Assembly: GCA_038821645.1 (NCBI GenBank)
Contig: JAWBDT010000001.1
Location: 1-64,000, forward strand
DNA length: 64,000 nt
Direction of reading: 5' to 3'
DNA from: Ignisphaera sp.
GTDB taxonomy: Archaea; Thermoproteota; Thermoprotei_A; Sulfolobales; Ignisphaeraceae
This document shows positions 9,738 through 20,866 of the stretch, piece by piece. The position numbers and the translations under genes are program-made. Positions within the stretch are counted from its first letter, which is position 1; each line of letters starts with the position of its first letter. The notes beneath the pieces were generated by a model. It was not told the origin of the DNA. It saw only the letters and a list, made by a program, of their open reading frames with translations, and did not search any database.

Positions 9738-10961
9738 CTACAGTTTTTCTATGTATCTCGATTCTATAAACACATTATATTCATCTAGATATATATGGAT
9801 ATACCAGCTAGATGTCGAATTGATGATTATCTCTACTAGAGCTTCAGATTTTGTATTAAGCAAAACTTTACCGATAGTTGATATAACGTATGTTAAATTG
9901 TTGTAGAAGTTCCTAGCATAAATAGGACTACTCCATGTTGTATTCCATAACAGGATCCACTCAATGTGTGTGTTATTCGATAACTTATATAGGTGTACTT
10001 TATCACCTCTCCAATTAATCGCTATATCTCTTGCTTTTTCAATACCTATGCTGTTTACAAGAATCAGCATCACATAGTAAGATCCTAGTACATCAATATG
10101 AATAGGCTCAGCATCTTTGTCAATCGATATGGTAGTATCTGTAGTGATTATTGTGTTATTCATGAGATATTCGAGATAGAGTTCTGGTTCCATAACCATA
10201 AGTGTTGATGGTGGAGGCTTCTCGTAAGCTTTGTTAACGAGATCCCAGCCACCTTTTTCGTAGAGATATCTAACAAAGTTTTCCCCATAGATATATGGGA
10301 ATAGGTTTAAGGATATATATAGATCGTCTAGATACAGTTTGGTTGGAGGTGAAGGTTCACAAAGTTTTGTCTTAATGCAGTACATATGTTGAACAAGACC
10401 TGCGTCACCTTCAATGAGCGTTGAAAAAGCAAGTGATGAATCTAGATTCTGTGGCCATTCGATTCTGAAGTTGAGGAATTGTAGGACATGAGCAAGTTCA
10501 TGAGCTAGGACATTCCTTGTAGTAGGTTTTTTAACATCGAAGTAATCTATGTTTATGTAGAGTGTTGTACCAGCTGTTGCAGCCAGAAACATACCCACCC
10601 AAGATCTTTCAAGTTGGATAATGCTCTTGTTGAATGGTATAAGAAGAGAAAGTTTGTAGAGCATCTCTTTATACCTAAGGTGTTCAGGAATCTCTGGACT
10701 ATCTTCTTTAGGAGCCCACATTTCTATAGCTTGAGCAGTAGTGATTATCTTTACTTCCACATTTTGTGTAAACCTTAACCCTCTAATGGATTCTATCTCT
10801 CGACGTATTTCGTCTACGAATCTATAGATTATAGTTTCCATTATCTTTATCTGGAAGCGGCTTCCTGTACTTACATACATATTTATGTAGGGTATTACTA
10901 GAGATGTCAAAATTATGGAGATCAAGATAAAGGTGATTATATCGTTTGTATGCATTCTCAA
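9738..10961 (-). CDS. membrane-anchored/secreted HExxH zinc metalloprotease-like surface protein
   Basis: N-terminal TM, 'LAHELAHVLQ', downstream 'EGDA', 'FPYIYG..FV..LY..GGW', many NxS/T sequons. Confidence 0.75.
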   Translation of the reverse strand: MRMHTNDIITFILISIILTSLVIPYINMYVSTGSRFQIKIMETIIYRFVDEIRREIESIRGLRFTQNVEVKIITTAQAIEMWAPKEDSPEIPEHLRYKEMLYKLSLLIPFNKSIIQLERSWVGMFLAATAGTTLYINIDYFDVKKPTTRNVLAHELAHVLQFLNFRIEWPQNLDSSLAFSTLIEGDAGLVQHMYCIKTKLCEPSPPTKLYLDDLYISLNLFPYIYGENFVRYLYEKGGWDLVNKAYEKPPPSTLMVMEPELYLEYLMNNTIITTDTTISIDKDAEPIHIDVLGSYYVMLILVNSIGIEKARDIAINWRGDKVHLYKLSNNTHIEWILLWNTTWSSPIYARNFYNNLTYVISTIGKVLLNTKSEALVEIIINSTSSWYIHIYLDEYNVFIESRYIEKL

Positions 10962-10970
10962 AATCCTTGA

Positions 10971-11438
10971 TCAAGTTATGGTATAGGAATGCTTATCAAT
11001 CGGTGGAATGTCTATAGAATCTAGGTCAACAACTATAGCTATCTGGAAAACAGTTGGAAATCTGTATCTTAATTCAGCTATATGTGGTCTATATAAAACT
11101 AGTTTCCTAGGTTCATTATCTAACGGAGGTTTTAACCCAAGAATACGTCTAACTACAGAAGCCTCTAATTCATCTTCTATAAAGCCTGTGAATGAATCCA
11201 TATCAGCTCTAACCTGGATAACTATAGGGAGATACAGCTTATCAGCTTCATCATTACTAACGAACTTTCTGAGTTCCTGAAGTTCTGAACGCCGAAACAT
11301 ATGGATAGAACCATCTCTACATACAACATAGGGTGAATTCTCGTTCAACAGCTCTATCAACTTTTTCCTAGATATAGGTAAATGCTTATTTGCAACCCTT
11401 AGCTCAGCCTGTAATAACATCTCTATATTTTCACTCAA
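10971..11438 (-). CDS. DUF61 (UPF0216) family protein
   Basis: 'NKHLP..RKKL.ELL..PYVVCRDGSIH.F...EL...LYLPI'. Confidence 0.8.
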   Translation of the reverse strand: MSENIEMLLQAELRVANKHLPISRKKLIELLNENSPYVVCRDGSIHMFRRSELQELRKFVSNDEADKLYLPIVIQVRADMDSFTGFIEDELEASVVRRILGLKPPLDNEPRKLVLYRPHIAELRYRFPTVFQIAIVVDLDSIDIPPIDKHSYTIT

Positions 11439-11519
11439 GAATAAACACCAATGTAACTAGGATACCTACTGTTCAAAAATTTTTAAACCTTACGCATACC
11501 TATCTAAAAGGGATATAGA

Positions 11520-11822
11520 TTGAGCAGTCTTCTAGAGACTATAGAGAGTGAAGCTATCAAAATAGTTGAAGAGGCCAAGAAGAAAGCAGAAGAAATTTTA
11601 GAAGAAGCTAGAAAGAAAGCTAGAACCATCCTAGAAGATAAGAGCTATCTAGCAGAACTAGATTCTCTTAAGAAGAAGATTGAAAAAGATGCTGAAGATG
11701 AAGTGAATAAGATAATTAGAGAAGCTGAGGCAAAAGCTGAAAAAATGAAGATCTATGCTGAAACGAAAGTAAGAGATGTAGCAAGAAAGATAGCTTCTCT
11801 TGTAGCTGGTGTAGAAATTTGA
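11520..11822 (+). CDS. atpH: A/V-type ATP synthase subunit H (G)
   Basis: Charged coiled coil 'IVEEAKKKAEEILEEARKKA'; first gene of the operon. Confidence 0.8.
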   Translation: MSSLLETIESEAIKIVEEAKKKAEEILEEARKKARTILEDKSYLAELDSLKKKIEKDAEDEVNKIIREAEAKAEKMKIYAETKVRDVARKIASLVAGVEI

Positions 11823-13813
11823 GTAAGATTAATCCTAGGTATCTAGTACTATCGGATCCCGATTTTGCTCAGAAAATCTATATAGTAGTTCCTCATGATC
11901 TTCTAGACCAAGTTGTATCAGAGCTTATGAAGATGGGTGTAGTAGAGGTAATAACGTCTGGAGAAAAGAAAGAGACTTATGAACGTGAAATAGAGTCTAT
12001 AGCAAGGTATTACGAGCTTCTAGAGAAAGCGTATAGCTTATATAATGAGTTCGTTCAGCATATAGAGGAAGATGTTGTTATAGAGATAAAAGAGTTCATA
12101 CCCTTTGAGGAATTCAAAAGCTATCTAAATATGTTACTTGATAAATTTGATAAGGTTATTGGCGAGTTACGAGACATAAACAAGGTTATCGAGGATCTGA
12201 AGCAAAAACTAGATGAGTTAGAACTTCTACATATGTTGATAAAATCATTAGCTTTGTCTAATCCTAATGGAGATACCTCTCTATTGAGATACAATGGCAA
12301 AGAATTCATTGTTGATACATTCTATGGATCTCTAGATCAATTGAATCTTGTTTCATCAAGAGCTATAGCAGTCATAGGTCAAGTCACTCAGAACCAAAAA
12401 GCAGTAACGTCTATGCTTTTCATATCTCGAGAATACCATAGAGTTGTATCTATGATAGATAACAGTATTAAGAGAATTGAGTATGTTGATAAACTTGGAG
12501 TAGTATCTCTTCAGAATGCTCTAAACATTATTGAGGAAGAACTGACTAGAACTAGAGAAAGTATGGATAAGTTTTTGAATACAAAGAGAGATACGGTAGC
12601 TAAATATCTACAAGATTTAGCGCTACTAAAGATAATACTTGATACTGAGTATGAGAGGATCAAGACTATATATAGAGCAACTAAATCAAGATATCTATCT
12701 CTAATTATTGGATGGATACCTAGATCAAAAGTAGAGAATGTAGTTAACCATCTGAAAACCAGATACCCTATCGAAGTTGTAGTAGAGCATGATCCTAACC
12801 CTCCATCGGATTTCAATAACCTTAAACCATATAAACCATTTGAGCTTATAACAGAAATGAATGGAGCCCCATCAGTTAACGACTGGGATCCTACACCTCT
12901 ACTTACATATGCATTTATAATGTTCTTCTCTCTAATGATAGGTGATGTAGGGTACTCGATAGGATTGATACTAGCTTCAAGATACATTCTACCTATCTTT
13001 GCCGATGATCCTAATAGCGAAGGATTCAAGAAGCTACAGAAAATTCTCTATATAAGTGGAGCTGGAGGGATAGTAACAGGAATATTATCGGGTAGCTTCT
13101 TCGGAGATCTATTTGGTCAATATATTCCCACAAATCTCAGAATTATTCCTACAGAACCAGGACTGATGATAGGGTTCAGTATAATTATTGGATGGATATG
13201 GATACTAGCATCACATGTACTAGCATTAATTAAGAATGCAGTTAAATCTAGAGACTTATTTGGCGCACTTACAGAATTCTCTATGGTTATGCTACTGATC
13301 CTAGGACTGCTTTATGCGCTAGACTTCTTGAGTAGAAGGGGTATGAAGCCCATGTATGGATTTGTGAACGAAGAACTCTACGCATTTGTAGAACAGAACT
13401 CACTATACATTCAGCTCATATCATACGCATTCGTAGCCTTATTAATAGCCTCTAGAATTAAGACTATGGGTGCTCTTGGAGCCATTCTATGGATATTCGA
13501 TCTATCTGGAGCTCTTGGGGATGTATTCTCATTCATAAGAATAGCTGGTATAGCTCTAGGAACAATACTATTAGCCAATGTATTTAACCAAATAATTTAT
13601 AGTGTGATAGCTATGAACATAGCTTTAGGTATAGCTATAGCTATAATCTCTCACTTCATTGTTTTTGCTTTATCACCTCTAGGACCATTTGTGCATTCGC
13701 TAAGACTCTGCATATTGGAAATAGGTTCAAAGATATATGAAGGACAGAATAGAAGGGTATCTCCATTATCAATAAAGATACCTCCGAGAGTGGTTGTAAC
13801 AAGAAAGAGGTAG
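11819..13813 (+). CDS. atpI: A/V-type ATP synthase subunit I (a)
   Basis: 'GWIP', 'DPTP', 'MIGDVGY', 'DVFSFIRIAG' (essential Arg), 'HSLRL..LE'. Confidence 0.93.
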   Translation: MSKINPRYLVLSDPDFAQKIYIVVPHDLLDQVVSELMKMGVVEVITSGEKKETYEREIESIARYYELLEKAYSLYNEFVQHIEEDVVIEIKEFIPFEEFKSYLNMLLDKFDKVIGELRDINKVIEDLKQKLDELELLHMLIKSLALSNPNGDTSLLRYNGKEFIVDTFYGSLDQLNLVSSRAIAVIGQVTQNQKAVTSMLFISREYHRVVSMIDNSIKRIEYVDKLGVVSLQNALNIIEEELTRTRESMDKFLNTKRDTVAKYLQDLALLKIILDTEYERIKTIYRATKSRYLSLIIGWIPRSKVENVVNHLKTRYPIEVVVEHDPNPPSDFNNLKPYKPFELITEMNGAPSVNDWDPTPLLTYAFIMFFSLMIGDVGYSIGLILASRYILPIFADDPNSEGFKKLQKILYISGAGGIVTGILSGSFFGDLFGQYIPTNLRIIPTEPGLMIGFSIIIGWIWILASHVLALIKNAVKSRDLFGALTEFSMVMLLILGLLYALDFLSRRGMKPMYGFVNEELYAFVEQNSLYIQLISYAFVALLIASRIKTMGALGAILWIFDLSGALGDVFSFIRIAGIALGTILLANVFNQIIYSVIAMNIALGIAIAIISHFIVFALSPLGPFVHSLRLCILEIGSKIYEGQNRRVSPLSIKIPPRVVVTRKR

Positions 13814-13847
13814 TATCTTTTAATTAGGTTTGAATTGGTTAAAGCAT

Positions 13848-13860
13848 AAACCTTATATAT
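13848..13860 (+). promoter_or_regulatory. putative internal BRE/TATA promoter upstream of atpK
   Basis: AAACCTTATATAT in the 74-nt gap, about 30 nt before the atpK start. Confidence 0.45.
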
Positions 13861-13887
13861 CAAAACCTATTCATAATATAATGAGCG

Positions 13888-14382
13888 GTGTATATAATGA
13901 CTACAGGCTTGGGTGAAGCATTAGCTTATACAGGTCCAGCAATTACTGAGCTTATGGCTGTTATGGGTTCTGTACTAGGTATATACAAAGTTGCATCAGT
14001 TGGTTTAACATCAATATCTGAAGACCCTAGACTCTTCAGTAGAGTAATGCCTTTAGCACTTCTTCCAGCAACCCAAGCAATGGTTTACGGGTTTGTATTC
14101 ATGTTCTTGAGCTACAATACCCTTAACATAAAGGTTGCTTCTGAGGGATCTATAGAGATATTTAGAGGAATAGGTTTTCTGACGTTATGTCTATTTGTTG
14201 GGTTTGCTGAATTTTGGTCTGCCCTCAAGCAAGGACAAGTATGTGCTGATGGAGCAGCAATGCTTGTAAAAACTGGTGGTAAGATATTTGCACCAACATT
14301 CATATTGGCAACATTTGAAGAGCTATTTGGTGTACTTGGATTAGTGTTTGGTCTACTGATGAGTGGACTTATACTAGGTTGA
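13888..14382 (+). CDS. atpK: A/V-type ATP synthase proteolipid subunit K (c), 4-TM V-type-like
   Basis: Two hairpins; 'LLPATQ', 'KQG' and 'ATFEELFGVLGL'. Confidence 0.92.
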   Translation: MYIMTTGLGEALAYTGPAITELMAVMGSVLGIYKVASVGLTSISEDPRLFSRVMPLALLPATQAMVYGFVFMFLSYNTLNIKVASEGSIEIFRGIGFLTLCLFVGFAEFWSALKQGQVCADGAAMLVKTGGKIFAPTFILATFEELFGVLGLVFGLLMSGLILG

Positions 14383-14439
14383 GATAGTCAGAGTTTGAGT
14401 TAATTGAATATGTATTGTTTTTAGTATTATGCTGGGGTT

Positions 14440-15045
14440 TTGTGGATGAGCAATAATGTAAGGGATATAGTTTTTAAGAAAGCTGAAGAAGAGGCTGCAA
14501 GTATTTTAGAGAATGCTAAAAGAGAAGCTGAAAAGATTATCGAAGAAGCTATGAAGAGGAAGAGGGAGATTATTGAAGAAGAGAAGAACAGGATAATGAA
14601 GGAGGTTGGAATCGAGAGAAGGATTGCAGAAGCGAGAATGAGATATAGACAGATTATCAGTCTAACCAAAAACAGTATTGTTAGAGATATTGAAGAGAAT
14701 GTAAAGAAAATGTTAGAGAATATGGATAAGAGAAAGAGGTTTGAATCTCTTCAAATTCTCGCTATAGAAGGTGTTAACGAGGTTTTAAGCAATCTTGGGA
14801 CACAAATCGGTAGAATTGTCATCTATGTATCAAAAAGAGATCGAGAACTTTCAGAAAAGCTAGTAGAGGTGGTAAGGAGCAAGTTCAGAGGCATAGATGT
14901 AGAAGTGAAAGAGGTAGATATTCTTGGGGGTGTGGTAATCGAGAGTCCCGATAGGGGTATTATTATTGATAATAGCTACGAGAGCAGACTGAAAAAAGCA
15001 TTAAGTTCTTCACTAAACGAGCTTCAGAGGCTTTTTGAAGTATGA
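14440..15045 (+). CDS. atpE: A/V-type ATP synthase subunit E
   Basis: N-terminal coiled coil; 'ILGGVVIES.D.GIIIDNSYESRL'. Confidence 0.92.
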   Translation: MWMSNNVRDIVFKKAEEEAASILENAKREAEKIIEEAMKRKREIIEEEKNRIMKEVGIERRIAEARMRYRQIISLTKNSIVRDIEENVKKMLENMDKRKRFESLQILAIEGVNEVLSNLGTQIGRIVIYVSKRDRELSEKLVEVVRSKFRGIDVEVKEVDILGGVVIESPDRGIIIDNSYESRLKKALSSSLNELQRLFEV

Positions 15046-15941
15046 ATATGAAGCTTTCTGAAGCAGCTTCTTATGGATATGTAACAATCCTTATATCCAA
15101 ATCACCATCCATAGAATTGCTAACGGATATACTTGAACATGAAAAGACTATTGATATATCTACAGCTGTTGCTAGAGGTATTTTACCAGTTGAATATACC
15201 AGATTGAGTAGGTATGAGGATGTAGAAAGTATAGATAATGCTGTATATTCGTTCTATCTAGAGTTAATCATAGAATTATCTAAATATCTACCGAATTTAT
15301 ATAGCAGATATCTTGAAACATTTATAGAGATATATGATATAGATAGGATAGCAATTTCATTAGAAACACGAAGCAGTAAATCACTAGAATATATGTTCTC
15401 TAGATTTGGATCTATAGCACAATCGTTAACAGGTTACAGAGCAGATCTTCTACATAATGACTATAAGATGTGTCTTGAATCAGAATCCATTATAGAATGT
15501 GTGCATAGAGTCTACTTAAGTAGAGTTGTAGCAGTACTCAAGTTCTTATCTACACCATCTTTGAATAATATTGTGTTAATTGATGCTAGAAGAAGTGTTG
15601 ATGCACTACATCTTTTTGTATTGATTAGACTATATAGCTATCTAATGAATGTCCAAAAGTTAAAAAAAGAACGTATAGTTATAGACATGTTTCTAGAGAG
15701 ATACAGACTCGCTAGACATCTTAGAGATATTTTCTTAAGAGTTATTAACGGAATAGAGAGAGGGATAGACAGAGATATCTCACTCCTTCTTGTTTATGAG
15801 TCTAAATATATTAATAGAGAATTGAAAGATATGCTCATATACTCTCCAACACTTCTAGACAGACTCACTTATCTGCTTATAGAGAAATTCTATGAATCCA
15901 AGCTTGTGAGATACATAGCCATGAAGAAATACAGATGGTGA
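15042..15941 (+). CDS. atpC: probable A/V-type ATP synthase subunit C (highly divergent)
   Basis: Position between E and F, about 300 aa helical; only weak motifs ('YDIDRI', 'YLIEKFYE'). Confidence 0.6.
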   Translation: MNMKLSEAASYGYVTILISKSPSIELLTDILEHEKTIDISTAVARGILPVEYTRLSRYEDVESIDNAVYSFYLELIIELSKYLPNLYSRYLETFIEIYDIDRIAISLETRSSKSLEYMFSRFGSIAQSLTGYRADLLHNDYKMCLESESIIECVHRVYLSRVVAVLKFLSTPSLNNIVLIDARRSVDALHLFVLIRLYSYLMNVQKLKKERIVIDMFLERYRLARHLRDIFLRVINGIERGIDRDISLLLVYESKYINRELKDMLIYSPTLLDRLTYLLIEKFYESKLVRYIAMKKYRW

Positions 15942-16285
15942 TCATGGTTACACAGATAGATAAATTCGTTAAAAAGATTATAGCAATAGTTGAGCCCCAT
16001 CTAACATCATTCATGCAGGTTTTAGGTATAGACGAAGTGTATGAGGTTAGAGGTGACAAAGATTTTATTAAAAGAATCAAGGATGCGTTCTCGAGAGATG
16101 AAGTAGCTATAGTTATTACTCAAAGAAGCCTGGTTAAAAAACATGGAATTCCAGAACAAGTGAAGGTATATCCGATAGTTGTTTCTCTACCAGACAAACC
16201 TGAGGATCTTGGTGTTGAGGCTATAGATGTATATAGAGAATTTATTAGAAGATTCATAGGATATGAGATCTATATCAATTTATAG
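15935..16285 (+). CDS. atpF: A/V-type ATP synthase subunit F
   Basis: 'VAIVIT...YPIVVSLPD...IRRFIGYEI'; operon position. Confidence 0.85.
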   Translation: MVIMVTQIDKFVKKIIAIVEPHLTSFMQVLGIDEVYEVRGDKDFIKRIKDAFSRDEVAIVITQRSLVKKHGIPEQVKVYPIVVSLPDKPEDLGVEAIDVYREFIRRFIGYEIYINL

Positions 16286-16311
16286 AGGTTTCAGAGAGTA
16301 TGGTAGTTATT

Positions 16312-16325
16312 GAAACTTTTATATA
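16312..16325 (+). promoter_or_regulatory. putative internal BRE/TATA promoter upstream of atpA
   Basis: GAAACTTTTATATA in the 90-nt intergenic gap. Confidence 0.45.
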
Positions 16326-16375
16326 CATGTGTAACAGATGTTTATACTAAAGTATTAATGATTTGGTAGAGGTTT

Positions 16376-18148
16376 ATGTCTAGTACGGGTAGGATTTATA
16401 GGATTACGGGACCACTTGTTGTTGCAGAAGATCTTAAGGTCATGATGTACGAAGTTGTTTATGTAGGTGAAGAGAGTCTTATTGGCGAGGTTATAGCTAT
16501 TAGAGGTGATAAAGTCTATATACAGGTTTACGAAGATACAACGGGTCTTACAGTAGGAGAAAAGGTTGTTGCTTCAGGTAGTCTTTTGTCAGCTGAACTT
16601 GGTCCTGGACTTATAGGCTCTATATACGATGGTCTTCAAAGACCTGAGAAAGATATTAGCGTAATAACTGGTAGCATATTCATTAAGAGAGGTGTAAGAG
16701 TACCAGCTCTCAAGAGAGATGTTAAATGGTTTTTTGAGAGAGAGAAGAGCTTAAGCATTGGAGACAAGGTTGAGCCTGGAACTATTATTGGTTATGTGAG
16801 AGAAACTCCGCTTGTTCTACACAAAATCATGATTCCGCCAAATACATCGGGTAGTTTGAAATGGATTGCCCCTGATGGTGATTATACTGTAGATGATACT
16901 GTTGCTATTGTAGAGAGTAGCGGTAGAAGGTATGATGTTAAACTTTACCAGATATGGCCCATCAGAATACCTAGACCGTATAGATCTAAACTTGATCCAG
17001 GCGAGCCTTTAATTACAGGACTTAGAGTCATAGACTATATGTTCCCGTTAGCAAAAGGAGGTAAAGCAGCCATACCTGGAGGATTCGGCACCGGTAAGAC
17101 TGTAGCTCTCCAGGAGATAACTAAGTGGAGCCATAGCGATATAGCTATATTTGTAGGATGTGGTGAGAGAGGAAACGAGATGAGTGATGCTTTAACGAGT
17201 TTTCTCAAGCTATTTGATGTCAGGCGAGGAAGGCCGATGATGGAAAGATCTGTGTTTATAGCGAACACAAGCAATATGCCTGTAGCAGCTAGAGAAACTA
17301 GTGTATTTCTGGGTGTAACAATAGGTGAGTACTTTAGAGATATGGGTTATGACGTTATAATGGTTGCTGATTCAACTAGTAGATGGGCTGAAGCAATGAG
17401 AGAAATAAGCGGTAGAATGGAGGAAATGCCAGGTGAAGAAGGATTTCCCGCATATCTCTCCTCAAGATTGGCCGAGTTCTATGAAAGAGCTGGAAGAATT
17501 GTAGCTCTTGGTAAACCAGAAAGAACAGGAAGTTTAACCATTATGGGAGCAGTATCACCACCTGGGGGCGACTTTAGCGAACCTGTTGTAAGAGGAACTG
17601 TTAGGTATGTGCAATGTTTCTTTGCTCTAGATTATGGGTTAGCTACAAGAAGACATTATCCAGCTATCAATTGGTTAGTGAGTTATAGTCTCTACATACC
17701 CTATGTAGCTGATTGGTGGAACAAGTTAACGAATAACGAATGGAGCGTATATAGAGAAACAGCTTCAAAAATCCTTCAAAGAGAAGCTGAGTTAAGCGAT
17801 ATAGTTAGAATTGTAGGTCTTGAAGCGCTACCTGAAGAAGATAAACTTGTGCTTGAAATTGCTAGAATGATTAGAGAAGACTTTTTACAGCAAAGTGCAT
17901 ATGTACCTAAAGATGCCTATTCTCCGCCAGAAAAAGGACATATGATAATGAAATGCATAATGGAGTTCTATAGATATGCAAAAGAAGCTATAGCAAAAGG
18001 TGTTTCTGTATCAAAGATTAGAGAGGCTAAAAGTAGATCACTTATAGCTAGGATGAAATACTATACACTTGAGGAGCTCAAATCAGGAATATTTAATGAG
18101 GTTATAAAGACTATAAAGCAAGATTTTGAATCCATGATTACCTCATAA
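16376..18148 (+). CDS. atpA: A/V-type ATP synthase subunit A
   Basis: GGFGTGKT, GCGERGNEM, ANTSNMPVAARE, DSTSRWAEA; no intein. Confidence 0.98.
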   Translation: MSSTGRIYRITGPLVVAEDLKVMMYEVVYVGEESLIGEVIAIRGDKVYIQVYEDTTGLTVGEKVVASGSLLSAELGPGLIGSIYDGLQRPEKDISVITGSIFIKRGVRVPALKRDVKWFFEREKSLSIGDKVEPGTIIGYVRETPLVLHKIMIPPNTSGSLKWIAPDGDYTVDDTVAIVESSGRRYDVKLYQIWPIRIPRPYRSKLDPGEPLITGLRVIDYMFPLAKGGKAAIPGGFGTGKTVALQEITKWSHSDIAIFVGCGERGNEMSDALTSFLKLFDVRRGRPMMERSVFIANTSNMPVAARETSVFLGVTIGEYFRDMGYDVIMVADSTSRWAEAMREISGRMEEMPGEEGFPAYLSSRLAEFYERAGRIVALGKPERTGSLTIMGAVSPPGGDFSEPVVRGTVRYVQCFFALDYGLATRRHYPAINWLVSYSLYIPYVADWWNKLTNNEWSVYRETASKILQREAELSDIVRIVGLEALPEEDKLVLEIARMIREDFLQQSAYVPKDAYSPPEKGHMIMKCIMEFYRYAKEAIAKGVSVSKIREAKSRSLIARMKYYTLEELKSGIFNEVIKTIKQDFESMITS

Positions 18149-18151
18149 TGG

Positions 18152-19561
18152 GTGCAATATATGAGTCTGTTACTAACTAGATCGAGTAGAGAAATTGTTG
18201 GAACAAGAGGATCATTACTATTTGTTAAAGCGCTTAAAGGTATTAAGTATGGAGAACTTGTTGAAATAGATGTTGATGGTGATACACGACTTGGTCAAGT
18301 TATAGATGTGAGTAGAGATGTAGCAGTAGTACAAGTCTTCGGATCTACAGCAGGTATATCTCCTGGTAAAACTATTGCGAGATTTAAGGGAGAGGTTCTG
18401 AGATTGGGAGTATCAATAGATATGATGGGTAGGATTTTCGATGGCCTTGGAAACCCAATAGATGGTGGACCACCTATAGTACCTGAAGATTATCTAGATA
18501 TACATGGAGAGCCACTTAATCCAGCTCTAAGGATACCTCCTTCAGAACCTATAGAGACAGGTGTATCGGTTATAGATGGGCTACTCACACTTGTAAGAGG
18601 ACAAAAACTACCCATATTTAGTGGTTCAGGTTTACCTCACAATAGGATAGCAATGCAGATAGTTAGACAAGCAGCTGTGAGAGGAGGTGAAGAAGAGAGA
18701 TTTGCTGTTGTTTTTGGAGCTGTTGGTGTAGCGTATGAAGAAGCTTACTACTTTCTCACAGAACTTAGATCTATGGGTGCTCTAGATAGAACGATAGCTT
18801 TCATAGCTCCAGCTTCTGCATCAACAGTAGAGAAGCTTGCGCTCCCAAGAGTAGCATTAACAGCTGCTGAAAATCTTGCATGGAGATACGATATGCATGT
18901 ACTAACTATATTGACTGATATGACAAACTATTGTGAAGCTCTTCGAGAAGTTTCAGCAGCTAGAGAAGAGGTTCCAGGAAGGAGAGGTTATCCAGGGTAT
19001 ATGTATACAGATCTAGCCACTATGTATGAAAGAGCTGGTAGAGCTCAAGGGAAAAAGGGTAGCATGACGATAATGCCTATCCTCACTATGCCTGACGATG
19101 ATATAACTCACCCTATACCGGATCTAACTGGATACATTACTGAAGGACAGATAGTTCTATCGAGAGATATGTGGAGAAAAGGTATATATCCACCTGTAGA
19201 TGTATTTCTATCACTTTCAAGACTAATGAAGGATGGTATAGGTCCTGGAAAGACTAGAGAAGATCATAGAGATGTTTTTGCACAACTTATAGCAGCTTAT
19301 GCTGAAGGACAGTATCTTAGAGAGTTATCAACGATAGTTGGTGTAGAATCTCTATCTCAGAGAGATAGAAAATATCTTGAGTTTGCAGATATGTTTGAAA
19401 GAAGATTCATTAACCAAGGAGAATTCGAAAGAAGAACATTTGAGCAGACCCTTGACATAGGATGGGAAATACTATCTTTACTACCAGAAGAAGAATTGAA
19501 ACAGATAAGACCAGAGATTCTCGAAAAGTATCATCCAAGTCGTAGAGTGGTTAAAGTATGA
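18152..19561 (+). CDS. atpB: A/V-type ATP synthase subunit B
   Basis: '[15 protein letters not shown]', '[15 protein letters not shown]', '[15 protein letters not shown]'. Confidence 0.98.
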   Translation: MQYMSLLLTRSSREIVGTRGSLLFVKALKGIKYGELVEIDVDGDTRLGQVIDVSRDVAVVQVFGSTAGISPGKTIARFKGEVLRLGVSIDMMGRIFDGLGNPIDGGPPIVPEDYLDIHGEPLNPALRIPPSEPIETGVSVIDGLLTLVRGQKLPIFSGSGLPHNRIAMQIVRQAAVRGGEEERFAVVFGAVGVAYEEAYYFLTELRSMGALDRTIAFIAPASASTVEKLALPRVALTAAENLAWRYDMHVLTILTDMTNYCEALREVSAAREEVPGRRGYPGYMYTDLATMYERAGRAQGKKGSMTIMPILTMPDDDITHPIPDLTGYITEGQIVLSRDMWRKGIYPPVDVFLSLSRLMKDGIGPGKTREDHRDVFAQLIAAYAEGQYLRELSTIVGVESLSQRDRKYLEFADMFERRFINQGEFERRTFEQTLDIGWEILSLLPEEELKQIRPEILEKYHPSRRVVKV

Positions 19562-20190
19562 GCGAAGTTATTAGGCTCTCTAGAGTAACAAAAATAGAGT
19601 TGATAAGACTTAGAAGAAGACTTGCTCTAGCTAGAAGACTCCATAGAATACTTAGAGACAGAATGACGCTACTCATCCAAGACTTCTATATAGCGTTGAA
19701 GAAATCTATTGAACTTAGAACAAAATTAAATCAAATGCTAAAGGATCTATACCCTATATATTTCAATACATTATCGTTATACGGAAAAAATCATCTAGAT
19801 ACGATAACATCTACGGTTGCTAAAGGTATAGAAATTCTAGCAAGTACAAGAAATGTTATAGGCATAACTGTACCGATGATGGAGCTTAAAAAGCTTCCAG
19901 AAAATAGTATATATGTACCTGTTGAACTTTCGCAATTTCAACTTAAAAGAGAAGAAATTCTAAAAACAGTTATAGAGTTAGCTGAATACGAGAAAGCGAT
20001 GTACCTCATAGGGGTAGAGATAGCTAAACTTAGAAGAAAAGTCACTATGCTTGAGAAAATACTTATACCGAGAATACTTAACACTATTAGGTATCTAACC
20101 ATGAAATTTGACGAAATAGAAAGAGAAGAAAAGGTTAGATCGATAAAGATCAAATCCCTACTAGCTATAAAAAGAGGTGAAATGCTCTAA
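19558..20190 (+). CDS. atpD: A/V-type ATP synthase subunit D
   Basis: '[12 protein letters not shown]', '[13 protein letters not shown]', 'DEIEREE'. Confidence 0.95.
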   Translation: MSEVIRLSRVTKIELIRLRRRLALARRLHRILRDRMTLLIQDFYIALKKSIELRTKLNQMLKDLYPIYFNTLSLYGKNHLDTITSTVAKGIEILASTRNVIGITVPMMELKKLPENSIYVPVELSQFQLKREEILKTVIELAEYEKAMYLIGVEIAKLRRKVTMLEKILIPRILNTIRYLTMKFDEIEREEKVRSIKIKSLLAIKRGEML

Positions 20191-20238
20191 CACATCATTC
20201 CATAGATATGGTAAAGCTATTATCCACTTAAATCTGCT

Positions 20239-20712
20239 TTACTTAAATCTTGCTATTTCTTTCAGGTTATTTGGCCATGGAGCTAATGTGTACTTCTTTA
20301 ACCATTCTACATCTATATCTATGTTCTTCAATACGTTCACTATCTTATCTATAACCTCCTTCGGTATTCTGCCTTCTGCAGCAGCTGGACAATCCATATC
20401 TAGGTAGACTACCTTTTCGTTTCTTTCGAAATCATAGTACATTATTACAGGCCAAATTCTGCAATCAAATGGCCGAAATCTATATATTTTGCAAAATCCT
20501 TTTTCATTTAGATATGGACACGGTGTACCTTTTCTAGAGCCTATGGCTTTTACGCTTCCTAAAGGTGTAGAAACATCGAATGTATATTCAATTGTTTTCT
20601 CTTCTTCAGGAAGTAGGATAGCATAAAACTTTTTGCAACAATTGTCCTTACATGTGGCACATATGTTTCCAAAATCTACAAACTCTAGGTATTCAGCTAA
20701 TCTTTTCATCAA
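20239..20712 (-). CDS. YkgJ-family CxxCxxCC cysteine-cluster protein
   Basis: 'CATCKDNCC', 'CPYL', 'CKIY..RPFDCRIWP'. Confidence 0.88.
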   Translation of the reverse strand: MMKRLAEYLEFVDFGNICATCKDNCCKKFYAILLPEEEKTIEYTFDVSTPLGSVKAIGSRKGTPCPYLNEKGFCKIYRFRPFDCRIWPVIMYYDFERNEKVVYLDMDCPAAAEGRIPKEVIDKIVNVLKNIDIDVEWLKKYTLAPWPNNLKEIARFK

Positions 20713-20866
20713 CGGTATACCACTATGCGTGAAGTACCTATATTTTGCTACATAAACCTTAGTATCTTCAGCTAAAGATACAATATTGTAGCTGTGGCTA
20801 AGGATTGTGTTTTTCAGAAATCTTTATGTTTCTATACTCGCTTCTAGTAGTGTTGAGGATTTCGCC

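Noticed and set aside
16376-19561. Possible inteins in atpA/atpB
   Set aside because: Both proteins are normal length with continuous motifs.
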